Shown here in pieces: positions 26,668 through 37,305 of a stretch of 64,000 bases of DNA. The stretch is taken from assembly GCA_028023455.1 (NCBI GenBank), contig JAQFVV010000006.1, positions 18,848,001 to 18,912,000 of the forward strand, read 5' to 3'. Position numbers and translations under genes: made by a program. Position 1 is the stretch's first letter. The number at the start of each line of letters is the position of its first letter. A model generated the notes under the pieces. That model ran no database searches. It was not told the origin of the DNA and saw nothing but the letters and a program-made list of their open reading frames with translations. The stretch comes from Epiperipatus broadwayi (taxonomy: Eukaryota; Animalia; Onychophora).

Positions 26668-27230
26668 ATGGCTGCAGGTCCTGATAAAATTCTTAGAGGA
26701 ATTTTTAAGTACCATGGAGACATACTTGCATTAATATTTGAAATTTTTAAAGATATATACCCTAATGAAATGTATTACCTGGTGCTTCTATTATTACATT
26801 TTATAAAATAGAGAAGATAGAAAATATTGAAATAATTATTATGGAATATCATTGTTATCCACTGCAGCAGAAGTTCTTTGAAGTATTTTATTGAATACGT
26901 CACTTTCAGTCAAAGATGAGTTCTTGTCAGAGACTATATGGGTTTAGAGAATCAAAAAGCCATCATCTTTGTGATAAGCATTAGCACAAATAAATTATTT
27001 ATTATGCTTCTATTAAATTAATCATGACACATTGTGATGGATATCTACTTATACTTAGCTGGGTAGCAAATTAAGAACCCTGGCTATTTGAAAATTGCTT
27101 TCTTTTTCACAGTTCCTCAATATAGAATTTGGAAAGGCCTTTGACTTTCATCATTTATCAGAAAGACTATTTTACCTAAGAGAGATTTGAAAATAGCTGA
27201 TTGTCATCCAAAGTTTATTCATATGATGCT
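26668..27230 (+). mobile_element. Decayed RTE (BovB-like) RT N-terminal fragment
   Basis: AAGPDKI...FKYHGD, NNYYGISLLSTAAEVL*SILLN, KAFD and CHPKFI motifs. Confidence 0.7.
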
Positions 27231-28192
27231 GTTGTTATTGATAATATTAGACAAAGTTTTATTACTGATTATTTTTAAATGATATCAAAAATTGTGTATA
27301 TTATTGCCAAGGCTAATTTGTTTATTTGACAAAGTCATATATATATATTACGTCCACTTTGTTGCAATGTGCATATTTGAAGTAGTAAATTAATTGATAT
27401 TTAATGTATTGATTTAACTCTGCCTTAGGCTATTTCAGTATGACTTTTAAAGGCAGAATATTGTAAGACTACATCATGATTATTTCAAGCTTTAAAATCT
27501 CATGAATCTTGGAATTATTTATATGGAAAAGTTTTTTGACATTTTGTTGGATACTAGTTATGGGCTTGCAGATGACTGAAAAACACTATTTGAAGCTATG
27601 AAATAATTGATCTGGAAGAGCTAATTGACTGATTATTTTAGTATACTATCAAAAAATGATGTGTGGATGATTTACATTTTGATTTAACTGTTTTGTTTAA
27701 ATTTTGTTTGAGTACTAATTTATATGTGTATATTGTATAAGATAAATAGATATAAAATATTTATTATTATCTTAATAATCATTTGCACTCTGAAGCTGGA
27801 ATGTTTCGAAAGAAAAGGGAGAGTAATTGCATAATTAAATCTATATTATATTTTACAAATATTTCATTATCCTCTGTCTCTAGAATCTGCTCTGAAATAA
27901 TTTCAACTCTTATGCATAGGATCTGAATTAAATATGAAAATTAAAAAAACTGCTGAAATTGAAGCTCACTGATTTTTATAACTTATCATTTTCTAATTAG
28001 GAAGATGTAGACCATAAAGATCATTTAAAATGGATAGTATCATGCTTTAATTCAAAACTTTATTTAATATAAAAACTGGAATATAGATGTAAAATAAAAA
28101 TTTCTTCTGCTACAAATTATAAATTAATAAAAACCAACACTTCTGTTGTTAATTAGCAGAGATAATATTATTAATATATACCATTAACATAA

Positions 28193-28234
28193 TTGCCGAG
28201 AGCTTTCAACACTAACGTATCCTTATCAAGGCAA
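28193..28234 (-). ncRNA. Minimal type-I hammerhead ribozyme motif with U3:A8 core variant
   Basis: ttgcc-TTGATAA-g gatac gtta gtgtt-GAAA-G CT CTC-ggcaa: 5-bp stem I, stem II, minimal stem III and a CUC cleavage triplet. Confidence 0.65.
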
Positions 28235-28410
28235 ATTCTGTAAAACATGGAGTCCTTCCGAATTTAAAAGCTCACTTTAACAACCAGACATCATAATCAG
28301 AAAACTAGTTTGTTTAGCGTTAATTGCGTCTTGGGATTTAGTTTTCCGATTAGCAATGTCTAGTTGTTAAATTGAACTTTTAAGTTTATAAGAAGTTCAT
28401 GTTTTACAAA

Positions 28411-28456
28411 ATTTGATTTGATAAGGACATGTTAGTGTTGAAAGCTCTTGGCAATT
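28411..28456 (+). ncRNA. Decayed sense-strand copy of the same hammerhead
   Basis: atttgat-TTGATAA-ggacatgttagtgtt-GAAAGCTCTT-ggcaatt: stem I 5' strand mutated and C17>U. Confidence 0.5.
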
Positions 28457-29032
28457 ATGTTAATGATATATATATTGATAATATTATCTCTGCTAAATAA
28501 CAACAGAAGTGTTGGATTTTATTAATTTGGAATATAGATGGTAACATTATTTAAATTATTATGGATGGTAGATAAGGGCTCTATTTAAATTCACAAAATG
28601 TTTTTATATAGATGGTTCAAAAATTATCACAGCCAGAATTATGTAATTTTTTTAAAGCTGACTAAACAAAATTTATTTATAGGCTTACATAATTCAAAAT
28701 ACTATGCAGGCACATCTAGAGAATAAGAATACGGGGGGGGGGGGTATTAGATTGATGCTGATGTTATTTATCAGAAATTTTTTACCAATTCTACAATATT
28801 AATTTTTTAAAATTAAATTTAAAATATGATTTCTTTTCGTGAATCTTAATTTTTTTTTTAAAAAAAACTTACCTTTGCATAAGCTTACAACAATTATGAA
28901 TGTTGCCTAGGATTCTCTAGTATTAAGCTTGATTTATCCATTCATACATATATTCAGAATTATTAATAAAAAATATTGATATTTTAGATATGTATATTTT
29001 GTTAGGAAAATTACTTATCAAGTTTAATTTTT

Positions 29033-30194
29033 GGTATTCGTCGAAGAGCCCCCACATCCCATTGGATGGCACCGTTTTCACGCTAAAACACATAAAAATG
29101 TCGTTTCCGCGGCCGACATGTTCGAACCTGCATTTTCTATAATACAACTTTTTAGTAGTGCTACAGATTGCAGGCTGCTATGTCGTGTCGCAGTACAGCA
29201 TGTATGTTTTACGCAGCAAATACATTTTCCGAATCTGCACAGTTTATAAAATAGGTGCGGCTTGGGGAGAGGGTGTGTTTTTTTTAATTGGATGGTAATG
29301 TTGTTTTCATTGGATTTTATTTATTTTAAAGTATTAAAATGTTCAGATTTTGTAAAGTAATAATTAACAGACTTTTTACACCGTAGGGTATTGAAGTTTT
29401 AAGTAGTAAATGTTGACGAGATATATGTATAAAGTGAGTTGTAATTAGGTAACGAGACAAAGAAGTTGTACGGTGTGTATATTTTTGAAGTAAAAAAGAG
29501 CGTTAACACAAAAATATCCCGTAAGAAAAGTAGAATTGTACCCTTTTTACCCTTTTTTTTAAATGTCATAAAAAACATATATTATAAACATTTTATATAT
29601 ATGTCATTGTTTAAAAAAGTTTTAGTTTCTTTCTTTTCTCCGACTACTGTTATACTTTGTTGAATATAGTTTACGTTTATTGTTACCATTTATTTTATAG
29701 ATGTTAGTAAAAAAAAATATTTACAAAAATACGATTTTGATATTTTTTATTTTAGCATTACAAACAACAGAAAAATAACCCTAAAACTAACCCTAAACCT
29801 AACCGTAACAACTTTTACTTTTAGTTGTCATTCTATTTGAAATAAAAAATAGTGGTAAACAACAACAAAAAAAAAGCCGTAACTCCAGTAAAAAAATCTC
29901 CGATAGAAAATTGATTTTTCTAATAAAAAGCAAACTAAAAAAGACGAATCAAATTGTAATTTGTTTATTTTATTTTACATTTATTATTATCATTTAATTT
30001 GTATACGTTAATAAAAAATAATTTTTAAAATTAAATAATATTTAAAAAAGACGATTTTCTTTTGTTTTTATTTTCGCATTACAAAAAACACATCAAAATG
30101 ATTATAATTAACGGCCCGGGAATGATCATATTTTATAGTTTAAGCATGAAAACTGCGCCATCGAGTGGAATATAGTAGCTATTCGACGACAACC
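29033..30194. mobile_element. Non-autonomous element of a second Merlin-like family
   Basis: Imperfect ~60-bp TIRs GGTATTCGTCGAA...GATGGCACCGTTTTCACGCT / GGTTGTCGTCGAA...GATGGCGCAGTTTTCATGCT with an 8-bp TSD TAATTTTT. CpG-rich; contains a degenerate accctaa repeat at ~29777-29805. Confidence 0.8.
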
Positions 30195-30837
30195 TAATTT
30201 TTTTCTTTAGCATTTTTCGATATGTATTATTTGTGTTACTCTGCGTTTGTTTCTTTTAATTGATTTCTTGTTATTGTTTGATCTTTAATATTTGGGACTT
30301 TTTCATGGAGGTGGCACAGGGATCAGATCTTTACTAGATTTTCGGTTAAATCCACATTTTGCTGCAATCACTGATTGTGGCTTGTCAAACTGCAATATGC
30401 ATAATTATTCCATTACAGCACAGATATTTTATTTTCTGCACTGTCTGACAGGTGAAGGGGAAAGTATTTTTGTATCCAGGTAACAGAAAAATCTTAGTTT
30501 ATTTTAACATCTTTTGTATGAAATAACCATAAATAAATATTAGGGTTTTTTTTTATTAAAGAAACACAGTTTCAGTATATACAACTCAATCAAGAAATTT
30601 TAAATATATATGTACAGCAGGGATGACTTCATGTATTGAATGGAGTGTTTCTGTAGAAATATTCATTATAAAGTTCAAAAGCTTTAATTAAAATTCACTG
30701 AAATATAACATATTCAACCTCACAAAATCGATCCAACAAGTTGCACATGGATAGTGTAGTAAGAACAATAAGTACATTAGTGTATATAAATTATTTTGAC
30801 AAATGTAAAAAAAAATCTCAACTAATTTGCTAAACAT

Positions 30838-31342
30838 AAAAAAAGAATGAACTATTCAAACTTTTTTTTTTAATATATGGAATTTCTGTTGACTTTCAAT
30901 TTTTTTATTAACAGTTGAATTGTTTTTATATATGGCAAGGAATGAGTTTCCATCACATTATTCGTTGATTATAAGAAGTTCAAACAATGCTAAAATGTAC
31001 TTTAAAGTTAAAACTTAAGAATGTTAAAAACATTTGGAATATCTTGATAATGTATTATCTATACTTAAACTAGGCATGATCTGATTAACAGATATTTTTC
31101 TCCAAATTATTTATCCAAACAAAAAAGAATGAACAATTCAAATTCATTATTTTTTGTATGGATTTTTCTTTTGCTAACAATTAAACTGTTTTTATATAAG
31201 GCAAGTAATGAGTTTGACTATCACATTATTCATTGATTATGAGAAGTTCAAACAATGCTAAAATGTATTTAATAGTTCAAACATAAGAATGTTAAAAGCA
31301 TTTAGAAAATAAAAATATCTTGATAAGGTATTCTCTATACTA
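30838..31342. repeat. Diverged tandem duplication, period ~280 bp
   Basis: aaaagaatgaac...atcacattatt...gaagttcaaacaatgctaaaatgta...atcttgataa occurs twice. Confidence 0.8.
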
Positions 31343-32759
31343 ATTGATTTATAGATAGATAAGAGAATTCCAGATTTTTCTAGAAGTGTGTAACATGAAT
31401 AGATTAACTATTACATAAAAATTGTTGCGGTAAGTAAAATAAAATCATTAAAAAAGATGTAGTGTGCTTCCGTTCCTAAAAAAGTTACACTTCGTCACTG
31501 ATGTACAGGTATATCTGAGTGTCAGGTCACCAACTAAAATAGCTATGCTATAATAGTATGGAATCTAATTGTGAATATGGGAAGATTGAAAATTATTATT
31601 CCTCCCCTCAAATAATAAATGAGCAACTGTAAAAGGAATATAAATAAAATGAATAATTAAGGATTAATATAAAATGGAGAATGAATAAAATATAAGGAAA
31701 GAGCATATAAATATATAAGGAGAATGAAATTTAGCCAGGAATAATGAGTTATAAACTACAAGTTATAACAAACTACCCCAGCATTACACATAATAAAAAA
31801 TCAATAATCACTCAACCATCTTCCTTATGGCTGGATTTAATAGATCCCTTATAAACAGGCTATTTATCTAGCCTTTGCCAATACCAAAAAATAATGCTGA
31901 GATACTAATACATATTGATTATCACCAATGCTCTGGCCATTATGATACCATAAAGGTACCAGCCAACTATAAACTTAATTGTTAATAAAAAAACAAAATA
32001 TATACAATGAATGGAATTTAAAGTTGACACCTTTGTGCTATCCAGAGTTGCCATCTCAATGTGCAAACACAAAAATTCCTACATCCACATAATTAACCAT
32101 TATTGTTCTAAAGTAGCTCAAGAAACATTTTAACTGTGAACAAGAGAATATAAATTTAACAGCTTCCTCTACTATAACTGAATAGCTTTGCTGGGATACA
32201 CTAAACTGTAATGAAATCAAGTCACACACTGCCAATTCATAAAATAGACAGCTGAAAGAGTAAAGACATTAAAACTGCAACATTTTTAATGTTACTGTTC
32301 GGTTAGCTGTACTGTGCCTTTTTAACAATTATTTAATAAACTGACTGATTAATTAAATACATTAAAAATGGCATGATAATATGATAATTCCAACTTTATC
32401 AAAAAATATAATTTCATTAAAAAATAAAATTAACTAGTTGATTTTTATTGATTAAATTAATTAACCTCTAATTCATTAAATTATTTCCTGCTAAATAACA
32501 AAAGTTAAAAAATAACTTTTTCAGAATCAGGGAAAAAATTAATTTATTTTAACTCTTTGTATAATTTTAAATGGAAAGTCAAAGGAATGAAAAAAACATT
32601 TGAAAAGAAAATGTTAAATTAATAAAAATTACTCATTATGACCAAGTATTCTTTCTATAAAAAACTATCTATAAATGTAGATATAATGTACATATTAAAG
32701 TAGCTTTTTACTATGGATTTATTTTTCTTTGGAGTCTTTCTTGGGCAGTTATAATCTAC

Positions 32760-33300
32760 AGTTCTTCCATGTTGGTCTCTTGAAAGCTCCCTTCCTGGTG
32801 TATAGAAGTTCTCCCTTAACATATATTTCTAGAGTAATTCATACTTAATATATCTATGGCCGCTATACAGTATTTTCAGATTTACACAAGATGAATTTAT
32901 TTTCTTTCATATTTATTTCCAAGTCAGGTTAACACGTAATGAGTTTATCCATTTTTCGTAATAATTTTCCTGCTGAGGCTAACACATAAAGATAGAGGCT
33001 GGTTGCAGATTACTTCAGGAGTATTCTTCTTTACATTTTTTTAGTAAGCGGATTACATGAAGAAAGATGATGTTTACCTTTTAGCTAAACTTAGCACATA
33101 TTTATTTTTATTTTAGAAAACATTTTTATAGCTAAAGTTTTGCTTCTTCAGCAGCTGGATCAAGACTTTTAATGTCCTCTTCAACAGTTTGATTAAGACT
33201 GACCTCGTTTTACAAGACATTGAAGTCTTCTGATTTACCCACATCTCTATTTTTGAAACAATCCTGTTCAACCAATCATAATCCTGTCTCCCCATGACCA
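32760..33300 (-). mobile_element. Decayed RTE-like C-terminal fragment
   Basis: IEMWVNQK... and ...YSGHRY...KGELLYTRKGAFKRPTWK loosely match the RTE patterns FEMW..RR and W.GH...GEL..G.R..GRP..W. Confidence 0.35.
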
Positions 33301-34072
33301 AATTAAACACTCACTAATTGAGTCTGTTTTTACAAAAAAAAAAAACTGTATAGTTATTTTTCTCATTTTTTATTGCAAAACAAGTAAAAAAAAATCCCCT
33401 GTACTTGTTTTTCTTTTATGCTGGAAGAAAAACAAGAAAATCAATCAATTATACTGATTTTATAAACACTGATTACTATATTGAAGAAAGATAAAGAAAA
33501 AAACTCTAATCAATTAAAACAAAAATGTTAAAATCTTTTTTTTTTTTCCTTTTTCTTTAAAACTTTATTTCTTTTTTTAATACATTTTCAAAATTAAAAT
33601 TAAAACTGGTAAATAATTTGATTTTGTATTTTTTTCACTTTTACAACTCTTAACAAATTATAATACATTTCAAATATTTACATTATGTTTAAAATATTTA
33701 AAAATTCTCATATCACGGTATGAAGAAAATATTTAAATAAATCAAATACTCATGCTTATTATATTAAAAAAACATAAAGGAAAATTAAATATTATTTCCT
33801 GATTAATTAAATACATTTTAAATTTAAGAAGTTTGTATTATTGGCTTGGCCAGAATTGGCCACTGCCTACAATGTGTATATATATATATACAAAAAAAAT
33901 ATATAGATTATTATATGCTTGCATAAAGTGTTTGGTTTATCCTTGTCAGATTATTAATATTACAGTAGATAAAACTTTTTGTAATTAATTATTTTTAAAT
34001 GTTTTTTTTTGTAAAATATCTAATAATAATTTTTACATCTGTAAATCATATTATTTGTTTTGTTTTTTGAAG

Positions 34073-34324
34073 GTGAAGCAGTTGGAACAACAATTAGAGG
34101 ATGAATATGAAGAACGGCATTCTTTGACCAAAGCTAAGCATGAATTAGAACGTAAACTTCACGATATGAGTGATCATTTGCCCAAGAGAGATGCAGAAAC
34201 CGAAAATAGATTAAAGAAAGAGCTTCGATGTACAAAAGCTTTATTACGAGATGCTCAAACGGTGCTTCAGAATAGTAAAGATAATGCTCCAAGCAGAGCT
34301 CTAATCAAGCAACTTAAAAACCAG
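34073..34324 (+). CDS. Myo18: Myosin-XVIII tail, internal exon 4 of 6
   Basis: ttttttgaAG / GTaata; 252 nt: VKQLEQQLEDEYEERHSLTKAKHELERKL...ENRLKKELRCTKALLRDAQ...APSRALIKQLKNQ, matching LKQMEVQLEEEYEDK...EKRLRKDLKRTKALLADAQ...APSKREIAQLKNQ. Confidence 0.95.
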
Positions 34325-35066
34325 GTAATACGGGTGCTTTTTATCTATTATGCTTGGATTTCTTATTTGTGCTTTTTAATTATTGAAAAGATATCACTTT
34401 ATTATGTATATTGTGATCTACTTGATCAAATAGCTTTTTGTATGCATTTAAAATCCAGCCAGAACTGGATCTTCTGTTTGCATATAATGTAGTGTTTATT
34501 CTGTAATAGTACTCAGGAATACTTGAAAAACTGCCCAGAATCACATCTGAATTAGTTGCCTTCAAAATTTCTATAAAAGCTTTGTTTTTGCTATAAAAAA
34601 AATCACTTTTAAAAATACTTTTTGAGTTATCACGTCTTATTTACATTAGGAGTAAGCTTGGGTAATCAATAGACCCTAGATGATGGTATCAAATGCTCTC
34701 CAGACGTCAGTGAAAAGCAGGGACTTGCACTAACACTTCTAGTAGCACCTTTATTTTTACATTCTCTTAATTTATATGACATTTATTTAGTTATCTTTTT
34801 GTTGGATGTCTTAGGGAAAAAAAATACTCAAAGAGGCCTAACTTAAAATAATTTGCCAGCTTAATTCAAGTTCAGTTATAGGATAATTTTATAAATAATA
34901 AATCATTTTACTTATACATATCCAGTTTGTTTTTTGTTTTTTTAATAATTGCTACTGCATGTCAGTTTTCTTCAGAGCTCTTAATATATATATATATTTA
35001 TGTGTACTACATTTTATTAAATATATAAATACAACAGACATGTTTACATCTGTGTGTGTGTATATA

Positions 35067-35890
35067 TGAGAGTGAATCAAAAATTGTCCACATTTTCACT
35101 ATACAATTTATTTTAATCAACTTTTAGAAAAGACAAATTTATCATTTTTGACCCAATCTCTGCTTTTCAATACACTTTGTCTACTTGTTAACAAGCTTTT
35201 GTTTTCCCTTTTTTTAAAATGTTTTAAGCTGAGCTGCAAACCATGAATGTATGAACTGTTCTCTCTCGTCATCAAATGTCAATCTTTATTCTCATAGTGA
35301 TGAATCTCATGTCTCATTGCCACTAATGATTCTTTTTAGGAAACGTTCATCTTTCTCACAGTATTGATGCAAATTTTGTTTACAGATGTCCAAATGCTTG
35401 TGCTCTTTCATGAATTGTTTTGTTACCCCTCCCATAGCCCACTTTTGAAAATGCAAGACTGACCTGGATTATGCCATGACTGAATTGCAAATGATTTTTC
35501 ACATAATCCACTGTCACTTGTTTATCAAACAGAATCTGTCCATGTCATGTTATCAGATGTGGGTGGTTGTCTGGTTCCTCTATGCTGATACTTCTTTCCT
35601 TAAACTCATTCATACTCATGATAAAATATTTTATCTATACTGTGCACGTAATCTTTGATAAAAATATGCACTAGACATACACTCAGACCATAAAAAACAA
35701 ATCACTGCATACAATTCTTTCATGCAAACCACAAGCCTATTAATTTTTACAAATCACAGTTACATTTGGACAAAACATGTTCAAAACTGCACAGCAGTCA
35801 TTGGGGAGATAGCAACCTCATATAGTGCTGATAAGACAACATGACTCACAGAAGTTTTAATATAACTAGAGTGCAGTAATTTTGACTCAT
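35067..35890 (-). mobile_element. Internally deleted mariner (Tc1/mariner) transposon
   Basis: TA + TGAGAGTGAATCAAAAATT TIR at 35065. Minus-strand peptides AVICFLWSEC...QRLRAQY, FKERSISIEE, DKQVTVDY, KEHK...FLKRIISGNET*IHHYE, then a jump to C-terminal ...SWFAAQLKTF...KLVNK*TKCIEK. Confidence 0.85.
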
Positions 35891-36069
35891 ATATATATAT
35901 ATAAATGTGTTAGGATATAATTTTATTGTATTTATATATGTAGTGTGTTTGAATATCTGCATATTTATAGTTATCAACCATCTCACAGTTAGAAAAAAAT
36001 AAGTGAATGAGTAAAGGGGTTTATTATTTGTGTATATTGAACATAATATAATCAATGCATTAATTAAAT

Positions 36070-36125
36070 CAGGGGTCAGCAAACTATTTCTTTAAGGGCT
36101 AGATAATAAAGAGTCTTCATAGGCT
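36070..36125 (+). mobile_element. Isolated hAT left end
   Basis: CAGGGGTCAGCAAACTATTTC...AAGGGCTAGATAATAAA is a typical Charlie/Buster terminus; no matching right TIR was found. Confidence 0.5.
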
Positions 36126-36870
36126 AATAAAAAAAATACAGAAAATATGAAAATAAAAAACTCACTAACAATATATGTAAAAATGTTTATTAAAAAAGAA
36201 ATAAAAAAATATATTTTTATGTTTGGATGGGAGAAATGTTAATTCTCATGTTTATTAATATAAATTTATATTTAATTTATATCTTCTAATCTCCTAGTAT
36301 TTTTTTTTTCAAGAATTTTTTATTATTATTGTGTAATTTTATTATTTTGCATTAATGAAAATCATATTGTCAATCAATTAATCACTAGAGATGTTTCTGT
36401 CAAATTATTTGAATTAAATAAAGTTTGGAAAATTTTATTTTTTTGAATACCTTTGTGAAATTTTTTAATAAAAGATAAAGATCTTTATGCTTGATTTCGA
36501 TATTTTCTGCTATTCATGCACACAATATTGAAAATTTTTGGTAAAAATTAATTTTCTGTTATAAAATAGTCTATTCTTTCAGTTTTTTAAAAAAAGTATG
36601 TTATTCATCAAGTTAGAATAAAATATTAACATCCAGGTTTAATTTTCAATATAATTAATGAAATTTAGTACATTTCTTATAAATCATTGGCAATGCAGTA
36701 TGATACTAAAATGTTATCTAGTTTTTAAATTCAAAGGAGTGGGCAGATGAAATAACATTTCAATATCAAATTTAAATTACATTCAATTATGTGTGAGAGA
36801 GAGTAATATATATATATATTTTTAAAAGAATTTTAGAAAGTATCTTAACATTTTAAAATTCAAATAAAAA

Positions 36871-37234
36871 GGGAGGGGGGGGGGGGGGGGGGGGGGGTTT
36901 GGTGGGTGGGGGTCTATTGAATGGGGAAGTGGTTGGGGGGTGGGGTGAGGGGGAAATAAATTGTTTGTCTGGAAGGGGGATGTGGTGGAGAAGGAGAATG
37001 AAAGGGAGGAGGTGGGGAGTTTAATGGGGGAGGTTGTGGGAGATGGGGGGAGTTAAGAGGGTGTGATAGGGTTAAAAGATTTATTTTGTCTTGACAGAAG
37101 GATGAAAGAAATGGAAGTGGTGGAAGTGGGATTTGGAAGTTTTGGGGGGGGGTGGGGGGGGTGGATGTGGAGTAGGGGTTGGGTGAGGAAGGGGGGAAGA
37201 AGAGTTTGTTGGGGAGTGGGTGTGGTTGGTGGAT

Positions 37235-37304
<70 letters not shown>
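36871..37304. other. G-rich low-complexity tract with poly-G runs (probable sequencing/assembly artefact)
   Basis: A 23-G run at 36875-36897 and a 68-G run at 37237-37304 bracket non-periodic G-rich sequence in an otherwise very AT-rich context. Confidence 0.7.

Positions 37305-37305
<1 letters not shown>

Larger units (their letters stand above)
28090..28528. mobile_element. PLE-type inverted pseudo-LTR pair (~405-bp palindrome 28121-28528) flanked by a 12-bp direct repeat
   Basis: Arms of ~185 bp around a ~30-bp loop. GGAATATAGATG occurs at 28078-28089 and 28529-28540. Each arm carries a hammerhead motif. Confidence 0.75.

Noticed and set aside
29100-29135. B-box-like GGTTCGAAC on the minus strand (possible tRNA/SINE)
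   Set aside because: No A box or cloverleaf could be built; it lies inside a TIR element.
30292-30483. 63-aa ORF ending at a cag/GTaac donor-like site (possible extra exon)
   Set aside because: No good acceptor, and the protein does not fit between Myo18 exons 3 and 4, which already join seamlessly.
34670-34712. Hammerhead-like ctagatgatgg...ccagacgtcag
   Set aside because: Both core motifs are broken and there is no sister copy; could be chance.
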